A stretch of 64,000 bases of DNA from Magallana gigas. Its lineage: Eukaryota. The stretch covers positions 30,938,001 through 31,002,000 of the forward strand of contig NC_088858.1 in the NCBI RefSeq assembly GCF_963853765.1, written 5' to 3'. This document shows, piece after piece, positions 36,377 through 48,591 of this stretch. Positions within the stretch are counted from its first letter, which is position 1. Each line of letters opens with the position of its first letter. The notes under the pieces are model-generated. The model was not told the origin of the DNA. It searched no databases and saw nothing but the letters and a program-made list of their open reading frames with translations. The position numbers were made by a program, and so were the translations under genes.

Positions 36377-36630
36377 TAGAACCATTTTAACAAGGCCTTG
36401 GACTTTCAGTAGTACGTAGTAATTTATTTCTTGCGTCAAAACAAGTTCAAAATGACGCTAGTTTCAAGCGAAATATACACCGATTGCGTAGTCTTAACTC
36501 TGAAGCCAGACAGATCTTGTTGATTTCAAAGAGCCACGGCTAAGAAGTTAGCTATGAAATAGACATGCCTACGCCACATTGCTGTTTGACACAGCTACCC
36601 AAAGTCCAAGCCCCTGTTAAAATGGTTCTA
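36377..36630. mobile_element. MITE with about 36-bp TIRs (TAGAACC...GGTTCTA)
   Basis: TAGAACCATTTTAACAAGGCCTTGGACTTTCAGTAG against the reverse complement of the right end, TAGAACCATTTTAACAGGGGCTTGGACTTTGGGTAG; about 730 nt upstream of the gene F ATG. Confidence 0.75.
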
Positions 36631-37167
36631 TTAACTATCAATACGTGGATCACAGGAGCATGTGTCGGCACATATGTCTTTAACGCCGACATTCCATTTC
36701 ATATAGCGAAATGGACATTCTTTTGATACGTTCTTAATACTGAGTCCCATGTTCCATATATTGTCTTATAAGGACGTTTACGTCACTGCCCGCAACAATC
36801 CCTTTACTCTCACACTTTATGTTTGAAAATAAGCAGCAAATGTGATTGAGTAAAGTAATAAAAGAACGAGTCAGAATAGGTAATAAGTTTGTTTTTATGA
36901 CGCATTTTACTTGAAACAGTAATAAATAACAAAGCACTGCATAAAAAAAAAACATGAAATAAATTGTTGATGGATGTAACATAGTCATGATTTTTTGGAA
37001 AAGTATAAAACGGAGACTTCTACAAAGCTTGTTAAAAGTAGATGCTAAAAGGTTGCTTTATCACAAGCATTGCAGGAAATTTGTTATCATACAGTCATCC
37101 CTTGCACGCTTTCGAAAAAATCCAAAATCATTATATCCTCTCTTCTACGGCTGTTATAACACAGTCG

Positions 37168-40100
37168 TCATTTTGATGTTATATGCTTCACAAAATCTGG
37201 AAAATAAACAAATTAAAAAGAGATCTAAAAAAAAGGTTGAAAAGAGTTATCCTTCTTTAATTACTCTTCCATTTTAAAAGCATGTTCAGTAAAAGAAGAC
37301 TAGATAACAATTTTTTTATCAGACAGTTCATCTATTTATAATATATTGATCGACAATTGCAGATCAAGAGATTTTTAAAAGAAATTTGTGGGGAAAATGA
37401 AGGCAAATTATATTTGTAATGTTGTAAAGCATAAGAGTTATATTTCATCTCTATGTTTATTATGGTCGTTTAATCAATAAAATTAACGCTGGTATTCAAG
37501 ATACATGTACCTTTGTACCGAATGTAACCGTTGCCTCCGAGTCCTGTGTCAGCAATCATTTCATCGACGTCATCGTCCGTTAGTCGTTCTCCTAAAGTCG
37601 TCATTACGCTCCGGAACTCAGCCACGGATATGAGTCCACTTTTAGTCTCATCAAACACTTGGAAGGCCTCGATCAGCTCATCAGGAGAATCCGTACACTG
37701 CATCTGTTTGGCCATCATTTGTAGGAATTCGTCAAATTCCACATCACCATTTCCTGAATGAAAAATATGACATTGGATAAACCATCTTTCATTAAATATT
37801 TGGGATATTCCTAGAAAACATTTCATGATTTGTTTTTATCGATAACCATTTTACAATATGACATGCGAAGAAACTTATTTAATTTATTTATACCATTTCA
37901 ATATTTAGTTCGAATTCTAGATTTTGTTTTCAACTTTTAATTTCAAGCTGGAGCAAATATAACCATTCCCTAGTTTTCAAAACCTGCAAAGGACAACGTC
38001 GATGGAAGTAAAATCGGTATATGAAATCATTTTTCCCAAATTAGAAACAAAAGATATTCAGATTCTTCTTGCTTCATATTGCTTTATATATTACATGTAC
38101 CATCTACATCAACTTCTGCAATCATGTCCATAAGTTCCTTCTCTGTGGGGTTTTGCCCCATCGATCTCATGACCTCTCCCAGTTCTTCAGTACTGACCGT
38201 TCCGTCGCCATCTTTGTCAAACACCAAAAACGCCTCTTTGATATCTACAGCAGTAAAATGAAAATATTGGTTCTAATGGTGGTTCATCTATTTCATCTAT
38301 ATCTATTTATCATTGATTGCTGAATGAGCGTTTTCCTTTAAATGTAGTATCCTGTGTTCTGAAAGTAAACTGCTTATGTACGGTTGTTCTTTTAATTCTG
38401 GTATAAAACATAATGTTTGTTATTAATATATTCTCAATTATTGTCATAATGTAAACTATAATCAAACTTAAATCAACTTACTTACGTATGAAGTGAACAT
38501 TCAGGCTGGGTTTTTTTATTTGTTTTTTATTTTGTGCGCGTGTGTGTCGGTTTGATTTTTTTGCCTTACTTTTGATTTTTATTGCTTTTCATAATTACTT
38601 TTGTATAGCATATATCAGAAAGTCTCTGAGTCACTATTATAAGTAGCCTCATTGTAATAAAATTGACAAATGAATTCATTCCACATTCAGCAGGAAATGG
38701 TTTGCACGTCGATTAACTATTCCGTGGAAAACAGGGTGTTTTTCCATGCAATTGTGGTACTTTTATATGAATTTGATGATTTTGCAAATATTGCTTTGTT
38801 ATAAATGAGGCTCTTAGAGAAGTGCTTGCAGGCTACATGACGTCACAAATATCAAGGACACATACTTTGGTTGAGGTTTTAAAAAGACTAACATTGACTG
38901 AATAATTGATAGTTTACCTTTATCATCAAAGCCACATGTACCCTTAAGTCAATATCTGTTGCACGAAAAGCAACAAAGAAACAAAGTAAAAGCATTAATA
39001 TAACCTAGATCAAAACCGGGGTTTTTTCTGTGCCAAAGCAATAGCTAATCAAGTTTTAAAAAATATCCTCTCTGGATTTGCATGCAATACACGTACTTGA
39101 ACTCTATTGTATTACGGAACTGCAAGAATTCAGACTTATTTGTGGCTATAACGTGATCACAAGATAAACTGGTCAGTAAAGTGTCGTATACAAATAACGT
39201 TTATGTTGAAGAAAAGATTTCTAAATATTTGTGATGGGATTTGATACTTAAACTCTTATGTAGTTATCTGGGTTTTGTTTTTTTACCCTCAGATTTTAAA
39301 TACAACTTAACCCTTGTGACAACGTGAATAATATAGAACATTTGACAAGTCATTTCAATTTTCTTAAAGAAAGAATGCGTATTTCATGTAATAAAACTTT
39401 AAGAAACAGAAAATTATAAAAAAAAATTATAATTTCAACTAAAATTGCATGTGACGTGAAATTCCAACAAAAAAGCTTTGTTAAAAAATGTGTATATATT
39501 TGTATTTTATGAAAATAACGTAATCCCTGCCAAATTTTGGCTGAACAAATTATGAGAAATATCATATTTACACGTGTTTGAGACATATTCAGGTAGAAGC
39601 CCCCTACCCTCCTCCCCCAACTATTGTTACCTTCATGTCAGGCATTTAATAAAGTGTTAAAAACATCATACCATTTATCTGTTCTTCTGTGAGGTTCTCT
39701 ACCTGAAATATAAGTCAAACGGGTTTAATAGTATTCACGCAACACTACTACTCAATACCAATATTTTCAAATGGCCCAAGATATATTTTGTTTTACATAC
39801 ATGTATGTAGTACATGTGTAAAAAAAAAAAGCCACCTTTTAAGAATGTCAGCAACATGACATTTTAAAGTTACACCAATAATTATTTTTCACACATCAAT
39901 ACTAAAATCAATGTTGAAAATATGTATTAAGTTCACAAGAAACACATTTAAAAATTTTGAACTTTATAGTACATTGAATATACAGAGCCTGTTTGTGTAC
40001 TGTTTAATTAACCACTCATATTTTTGTGTGGCATACGTTAGAACCTAAGCTATTAGTTAATGTTTGGAGTTGTTGTAATGGTTCTGAAATATGATATCCG

Positions 40101-40192
40101 TATGCATACCTAAACATGTTTAAGTATAATTACATGTGTAAAATATTTAAAAATGAACACCGACAACTGCAATAGAAATTTATACTTACCAT
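37168..40192 (-). CDS. Gene G: calmodulin-like protein with degenerate C-lobe (149 aa)
   Basis: Exons 40190-40192, 39672-39702 ([10 protein letters not shown]), 38101-38244, 37511-37753, 37168-37196 (DFVKHITSK*); 450 nt. Loops [48 protein letters not shown]. Confidence 0.92.
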
Positions 40193-40969
40193 GTTATTTC
40201 GTTCATTTAGTATCCCAGCTGAGAGATTTCACAAATACTTTTTTTTCTGCTCAATGTTTATTAACCGATCAATGGCAAAATAAAACTAGTCGTCAATTCT
40301 TTTTGTATATTTTCCTTTCTCTCAGCAATCGATGACGATTCATTTATAAGTACGGAAAACCAAATAAATGTTAACGAGGGGTATCACAAGTGAGAAAAAT
40401 CAATCTACCCTTTTCTGCCGCCGTTGCTCTCTCAAATGGTGCCATATCCATTCTGTATTACAACTTTCCGATACAAAAGCATTATCAATATTTTTCCGAA
40501 CGCTTTTCCGAGTAACACAATAGAAAATGTATTGACTCGGTTTAATTGATCATTTAAAGGCACCGATGAAAAAATTAAAAATAAATTCCTCAATATTGCA
40601 TTAAATTGAATGATTTCAATCCAGAGGATTGTGCCACCAAGAAAGAGGAAATCTAAAGAAAATTGCACTGGTCATAAAAGTGCATACACATAGAGTCTAA
40701 CAAACATAAGAGGTTCTGTCTCGAACGTTTACTCGTCTTAATTCGTTGGCACACATTACCCAATAGCTTGTTCACCAATGTATGCAGGTATAACAAAAAC
40801 TGTAAAGATTGTCAACATTTATTTTCAATAAACATATCATTTGATATCTTTTATCGTCAATATTCAATTACGCCACTTTTATTCACATTGAAAGACATTT
40901 AATACCGGTATTGCATTGATTCTATTTCCTCTTTTTTATCTGCATATATTTGTCCCAGATGTCATTTTT

Positions 40970-43602
40970 CTAAGCCTGTGTAATCAGTTTGGTGTAATCT
41001 GTAATGTAAAATTAATCAGATTATATCTCGAAGGCTGGTATGTCTGCCAAAACATGCACAACAGGTGGAGAAGTGTCATTGCATTTAGGGAGCACCGATA
41101 CACATCATTCTGAAGATATCTAATCAGTCGAAAGTTACGTTATTAAATACAGAATACTACTAATTTCTGAAAATTTTCACATTTAGCATTTAATGACTTG
41201 ATTTTCAGTCGACTTCATGGCAAATGGAGGCACCAAGCTTGCAAGTACCAAAATCTGTGCTTTGGTACACAACTTTTTATTGTGCATTTTTGGTTAAAGT
41301 TTGAGTTTGAGTCAAAAATGTTTCGAGAAGAGAGAAAATACGCCCCTGACTACGCTTCTTCTTATATATGATTATGCTACCTTGATCTTAGACCCAAAAA
41401 GTTGGTCTTTGCATAATCTTTATTCATTAACACTCTTTTGGTGCAGTTTAAATTGGGTTAAGATAAAAACACGAATATGACAAAGTTTTTACACATATAT
41501 CTTTTACAACCTTGATTAAAAAGCTAGAAGTATTGGTCTAAATTATTGCACACATTTCCTTTAAGATCTCTTTTGGTGATTTGGACACAAAAAATAATAT
41601 GGAAATGATTATGTAAAGATATATTGTACAGCCTATAATATTGAACATAAGACTCTTCATTCAAGCACAAGATGAGCCTTTGCCATTCTGTCAACTGAGT
41701 GTTAACTGACAGATGTGACTGAATGACTGGGGTATGCCATACATACAGTCAAATTTCAGTAATCATTCAGTCACCATTAAGTTATTGAACGGCAGGGCTT
41801 CGTCTTCTGAAGATTACTACACACATTTACACACGAAAACTTTTTACATAAATTATTTGCCTGTAAGTAGGAGTTGGACGGACGGAGAAAGACTGATCAC
41901 TTCAAGGGTCTTCTCACCAAGAGCAGATTGATGACATAAAACTCCCGTCTTTATTTTCATACATGTATATTTAATGAGCTTTTTACCTTCCAATATAATA
42001 ACTACATTAAACAAAAGTTGAGGCATATAGAAAGAACAAGCGCTTCGATGCATTGATTGTCAAGATCACCCGAACTTGTTTTATTATTACCGTGAAAATC
42101 GACCTTTCCTTTACAATCTAGGTCGACCTCTCGTATCATTTCTGTCACCTCCTCCTCTGTATATCGTTCTCCTAGATTGGTCATCAAATATCTCAGCTCC
42201 TTCACCGTAATGTATCCGTCGCCATCCCTGTCGAAAATCTTGAACGCCTTCTGCAAGTCTTCTTCTAAGTCGGCCTGTCGCATTCGAAAAGCCAAAACCG
42301 TCACAAAATCCTCGAAGCCGAACTCACCTATGTACGTCAAGTAAAATTTAAATAATAATCTTATAAGTCGGACTTTTTTCAGGCAAGCTAGGATACATCC
42401 CCTTTGGTTTGTTGTAGAATAATTTTTTTTCTAACTCAATATATGTATGCATTTTCAAAATTTCAATTAAATTTCATTTCTTTAAACTCTTTGCATTCCG
42501 TACTCTAATGGACTGGCAATATGGTGATTTCTGTTATTCTTTGTGAGTGGCGTGATCATATTGCAGTGGAAATGGCTTTCAATTTCAAATCTAGTTTACA
42601 GACTTGACATACATTTTGTGTGATAGCTATAGAAGCAACTTTTAAACGAGATTTTTGTTGTTTAGTCTGTTTTATCACGTGGAATGAATATTTATCTTTG
42701 GATATAATTTTTATTGAGTAGTGTGTATTTTAACGTTTATTATTTTTTAACTTTGCTGCATATTAAAACGTTTTTAATTACACGCAAGTTCATTCAAAAC
42801 AAGATTTAAAAAAAAGACCTACAGGTATCACAAACCATTTTATTTATATTAACGATTATATGCTCTCAGCCTACCATCTTTGTCCAATAGTTTCTTCATA
42901 CTGTTGATATCTGAGCGTTTGGCCGTGGGGTCTATGCTTTTAATTATCCCTGAGAGTTGGTTTATAGAAACCTTTCCTGTTCCCTTCACGTCTAACATCT
43001 CAAAGGCGGCTCGAAATTCTAGATATCAATGAAAACACTTTGCTTAGCTAGGATTAATTAAAGAGAAGTTCAACTTTTTATTTTCAATTTTGAATTTCAA
43101 GAGTTGAGCGTCTCAATGCGAATTGTGATTTGTAATATTGAAGTATTTCAGAATTGGTTTAAAAGGTCAACTTCAGTCTCTCTAATTTTCCTTTATGAAA
43201 TTGAAATAGAATTCAAATCTCATATTGTACTTTTGAATGCATAAATTACATAATATACTGCAATTTTAAAACGATAACTTTATAATATAAGTAACCATGA
43301 AACCATGTACATACAAAAACGTACTTTGTATACCTCTGATTTAATTGATTTGTAAATACATTTTCCATAAGGGAAAAATAACAGTCTATATAGATTATCA
43401 ATATTTACTAAAAAAATTCAATTAAAAGCTGGCATACCTTCAACTTGTTCATCCGTTAATATTTCGGGCCATATGTTTGCCTGCAATGGTAAAACAACAA
43501 CTAAAACATGTTTGTTGCATATTTACACAATTCATTAACTATGAACACAGGATTCAAATCAATATAATTGTAATTATCCGTTGACAAATTATGTCTTACC
43601 AT
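40970..43602 (-). CDS. Gene H: calmodulin-like protein with degenerate N-lobe (151 aa)
   Basis: Exons 43600-43602, 43438-43480 (ANIWPEILTDEQVE), 42875-43018, 42091-42327, 40970-40998 (DYTKLITQA*); 456 nt. Loops DVKGTGKVSINQ, DKD--GEFGFED (2-aa deletion), DRDGDGYITVKE, DLDCKGKVDFHD. The terminal exon was chosen from several candidates by acceptor quality, its 29-nt size and homology to the F and G termini. Confidence 0.82.
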
Positions 43603-45377
43603 TTTTCAGTCAATGAAATGTACCTTGCACCCCTCTCTATCTCATGTCTGATACCAAGGTCATTGTTCTTTGACTGAAGAGGTGGGTAATCCCAAACGAC
43701 ACACAACCGGAGAATCTTGTCAAACCAGATGAGGAATTTCGAACTCTCCAACTCTACATGTACACTATTTATTTACAGAGAGCACCATGCTCCACGGGTA
43801 TTTAATCATGATGATTTTTAATCAATTCAATTTGGCTTTTGCAGTCTCGACGACTTGCAATGAATTTTTTTTAAACCCAAAGTTTTTCTTACATCTTGAA
43901 AAGGGTGTGAAAGACGTACATGAAAGATCGCCGGTGAAAGAGAATAATCAATAATAGAGGGTATTTATTCGGGACGGTCGCAAAGTTAAACAAGATCTGT
44001 CTAAATTACAGGGGGTTTTATTTCGAATTGATCCTCTCCAAAATCCTGGTAACGTATCGTCCTACAATTTCAGCTGATGATAAATTTGAAATATTGATTG
44101 TTATTAAATTTTTGGATCTAAAATTTGACACGAACTAAACGTATTTATTTTCTTATCTACAAATGACTGCAATATCATATCTGCAAGCGTAAATGTAACA
44201 TTAATATATCATTTACTGGGGTTTTTTTTTTTTTAGATCTGCATATGTTTTGTTTTTCAATTGTCAACAGTACCACAAAAATATTTAACCAAATATTGTC
44301 AATAATGTCGGATGCAAAAGGCGATTGTGTTTCAAGGTAAATTACTAAAAGAGATGTAAGGAAATCATTTTTTTCTATACAAATAAAACAAACCAACAAA
44401 TATAAACTTAATGAGAGCAGATAGCTATATACAATATTCCCATTGCTGTAAAGAAATATATAAGTTCTAAAAGAAGTGTCAGAGAAATTATGAAGTATTT
44501 TCTTTAATATATTTTAGGAAACAACTCTTTTTTTCATGTAAAATCAGTCAATGTTGTATTTACATATGTACAGTTATACCTATATTCATAAAATTCATCT
44601 GTGTTTGTATTTAATTTCATTTTCAATGAAAAGTCAACATATTATGAATTTATTCCATTTATATACATTTACTTGGTGCAAACAATGCATATTGTAGTAT
44701 ATTGTTTTATTGAAGTGTCAATATTTCAAAGCGTCAAAATTTGTTATAAAAGAAAATTCTAGTTATAAAATACTCCCTGATTTCCTCTACAAACAACTTG
44801 ATGAGAAAGGAAGGTTTAACAAAATGATGAATAGACATGATATAATAACAGAGAAAATATAACAAAATAATATAGCAGAGATATTTTTACGATAACTCTG
44901 ACTTGTAATATACTTTTAATAACAGACGTAGTTTACTTTCTTAGACCAAAACAAAACACTCATGGAATTATACAATTTTATAACACGATACAATGATATA
45001 AAGCTGATTAATGAACCTTAATATCAAATACTGACTTTTATCTAATAAGGTAATGCAAAGTGTGTTTGCTTTGACCTACACTGTATTTTTTATTCTTCAA
45101 ATTATAGACAAAAGAAAATATGAAAAATAAGATGATAAAATTAACTTTATTTTACAAAACATATTTGATGATTTATATATAACAATGTATCACGTATCAC
45201 AGTAAGATATAATGAAATGCCATGCAGATCAGTTTTACAAACATGCAGCACATATTAACATATCACAGCTGCTACACAGTATAGTAAAGGTCCAATCCTC
45301 ACTGAAATGAATTGCACTTAACACGTCACAAACAGGGGTCTAACTTTAGTTGCGTACTTTTTGACTTCCTTTATGTG

Positions 45378-48300
45378 TCACGTCGTCGCCACCATCATCT
45401 TGACGAAATCTGCCATGAAATATAAAGAAATGAAATTCAGCATATTTTCACTTTTCCTATCTAATTCTTATTCAATTCTAATTCTTATCATTCATTTCAA
45501 CTGAGAAGTGTTTGGCATCCGATTCAATAAATACAAAGCAAATCCTATTTTGAGCTCAATATCATTTCCTATAGTATCAACAAAACCCGGATCGTTTTCT
45601 GCAAGTAGAGTTACCAATGGAGCCAAGTACACGTAACTACACTAACATGTAAACATTAAACCTTCTTGATTCCCAATAATTTCAAGACAAACTACAGTCA
45701 CTATTTTAAACCATATTTTATCAGTTAAAGGGACTTAGACACCATTTGACTTAAAATTTTCAAATTTTATTTTTCCATTTTCAATGTTTATAATGATAAA
45801 TAAAGAAATTTATAATGCTTTGTCAAAATTTGAAAGTCAAATATCAAGATATAAGCAAGATACAGAGTTCATAATTCTTTGTTTTGTAAACAAAGCTGGA
45901 ATATTGTCATTCTTACATATGTGTTGTTTTGGTGTAAGTTTTAATCAAATGTACCTTTCTTTTGTTGATAATAGTATATATGAAGATATTGAATTAGTTT
46001 AAATTGTTTTTAAATGTCATTTTGTCTAAGAAATGGCAATTCTCTACATTACATATTTTTGTAAAAAAAATATAGCTAAAGACTCGAGCTTTGTTTACAT
46101 AACAATCAATTCTTACCTCTGTATCTAGATTGTAACTTGACATTAACATTCAATATTTTAGTCAATCATTTAAAATGCACCAGTAAACCATTTTAAACAT
46201 AAAAAATTGAAATAAAATTTTTGATCTCAAATCGTGTCGAAGTCCCTTTAATCATTATAGTAATTTTCTATTCATTCGTGTTAAAAATTTATTTTAATTT
46301 ATTTAGAAAATATCTGTTGAAATATACATGTACCTGTTACGTTAACCATGCCGTCTTCGTCCGTATCCGCCTTCGATATTAGCTCCTCTGCTTCCTCTTC
46401 CGTTATACTGTTGCCCAGAGCTGCCATCGCTTCTCTCAGATCGTTGGCCGTGATCTTGCCACAGCCGTCCATATCAAACACACTGAACACCTCGGCCAAT
46501 TCATCCTCTGTCATAATCTCTGTTTGGTCACCCCTCCTTGCCATGATTTCCATGAAGTCCATGTAGTGGATGAATCCATTGGCTACAAAAGAAAGACAGT
46601 CAGTTGTGAATCCATTTACCACCAATGGAAGACAGTTGCAATTATAAGTTTAAAATCAGATGATAAATATGTTGGCTACGAAAGAATGAAGACAGTTGCA
46701 ACTAATATTAACATATAGTGAAGAATTTTGTGGCTATCAAAAAATCAGTTGTAATTTGAGGTTTTAAACCTCCTTCTTGTGGTCTGAAGCATTTAACAAT
46801 AAGTGTTTTGTTTAAACAATGTCTTTGTATTTATTTTTCGAGTTGGTACTTATATATCAATCAAACAAACAAAAAATAGATTGCGAAAAAACAATAATTT
46901 ATCTATTGTGTTACTGCTTGTTAAGATATATTCCTAAAAACTTGAAACATTGTCTTGCTTATGAAAACACAAGATCCCATCTTATCAGGTGGTCAGAACT
47001 TGGCATATATTTATAGAGCATATGATGTCTTTTAAAAAGACAAAAACACTATTTAAAAAAAAATATTCTTAAAGATAAAATTTTTTAGTTGATAAACATT
47101 CTGAGAGAGTTTAATCTGTTCTTTATAAAAGTTAGATCATAATTATATCATTGATATACATATGTACTTAAATCTAATCACATTCAGATAAGTAGATTAA
47201 ACTATAAAACCTGTACGTAAAGATTTACATGTATATAACTTGAAACAACTAGTACTTTTACTGTGTATTGCACACAGATGCATGTGTAAGAAATTCTGGA
47301 AATGTTTTCAAAATTCAACATTAATTTTCTCTACTAGCAATTTGAAATTAAGTAATCCGAGAAACAATACTTTTATCAGAAGTTAACAAAACTTGAAATC
47401 CTACAAACATATAGATCAATACTATAGCTACTAAAGACTAACCACTTCTGTCGTATTCACGGATCATGGCCTTGACATCATCTTGCGTGACCTCTTGACC
47501 CAGGGCCCTCATGACTTTCTCAAGGTTCTCCACTGATATCGTTCCATTCTTGTCCTTGTCGAATCGCCTGAACACATCTTGGTACACTGGAATGGTGATA
47601 ATATATTGAATATATGAACAAGTTTTTTTCTTTATGATTCCATGCAATCTAATTAAAACTAGACTTGTATAACCGCTACTTCACGATATGCCAAACGAAC
47701 ACTAGTAGAGTTTCGTAAAGGTGCGGATTTACAAGTCTTATTTTAATTAGATTGGTATGATTCGTAATGGAAACGTTGTATCCTTCATGATACAGTAAAT
47801 ATATTCAATATCATCATTCATAAACCCGCGGTGATGTTAATTTTTCAACACACCTCGTTAGAAAAGCGGTCTTATACTTCTCTTTACAAATCATGGAAGA
47901 TTCTAAGTTTACTTATTTGCTTCATAGGGAAAAAGGCTATAATTGCTTTCATCATTTGCATTGTTAGTCGTTTCTTAATAAGTGGAGTAATGATATAATT
48001 ATGTAACAACATAATATTAAAGTGTATGTTGGCATTTACTTACATTTAATTTGTTCGTCCGTAATTACAGGGTCCTATAAATAGAGAGCAACTGCATTAC
48101 AGTTTGCAAAACAATCAGAACAGTTAATTTTTCATCTTAAAAGTGTTGACAGATAAAAAAAACCCACAGGACTTCTCAATAATGCACGTTGAATGGCCTA
48201 TTCGTGCCAATGATAACTACCTTTTTAACGGGTTTCTTTTTCTTTTTCCTAACAACCTTTTTGGGTGGCATCTCTTATACTAATCGCCCTTTGCAATGAG

Positions 48301-48591
48301 AACTAAAATCCGGTGCACTTAAATCTTTTTGAATACAATAATTCACTCAAGAACGGAAACCCGAAAATCTGAATGTTTACCGAGTTTTTTCTCTGAGCTA
48401 GACCATTGGGTGTATGGGCACGGATTGATTTCTATAGACCCCTGGTAAAGTCCTGGCGTTCGTGCTGCCTTTCTAATCTACTTTTATCATTTTGACCCCC
48501 CTGATAATCTGAACTAATCATAAAGACTTGTAATAAATCTAAATATGAAAGAACCACACACAATCTGAAGTAAACAAATATGGCTTACCAT
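45378..48591 (-). CDS. Gene I: divergent calmodulin-like protein lacking Glu12 in all four loops (152 aa)
   Basis: Exons 48589-48591, 48044-48074 (DPVITDEQIK), 47443-47586, 46334-46582, 45378-45409 (DFVKMMVATT*); 459 nt. Loops DKDKNGTISVEN, DRSANGFIHYMD, DMDGCGKITAND, DTDEDGMVNVTD. Confidence 0.9.
45729..46247. mobile_element. TTAA-flanked MITE (Kolobok-like), in the last intron of gene I
   Basis: TTAA|AGGGACTTAGACAC ... GTGTCGAAGTCCCT|TTAA; TTAA at 45725-45728 and 46248-46251. Confidence 0.8.

Noticed and set aside
38486-38942. Possible extra exons in gene G intron 2 (38918-38942 GTCGFDDK; 38486-38505)
   Set aside because: Weak, purine-rich acceptors; the canonical 31-nt exon 2 is already present.
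40432-40653. Hydrophobic 'DFLFLGGTILW...' ORF as a membrane-anchoring last exon of gene H
   Set aside because: It would run into the gene G promoter, and the 29-nt DYTKLITQA* exon at 40970-40998 matches paralog termini far better.
41853-42003. Alternative H terminal pieces (15-nt VIILE exon and the GK* acceptor near 41862)
   Set aside because: No similarity to the EF4 exit helix; they cannot be ranked without RNA data.
1519-46566. Plus-strand ORFs overlapping EF-hand exons (e.g. 1519-1899, 5635-5939, 12226-12456, 13506-13724, 22733-22948, 27051-27296, 34522-34756, 37531-37761, 46348-46566)
   Set aside because: These are antisense shadows of the minus-strand coding exons, with Ser/Ile/Phe-rich composition and no independent support.
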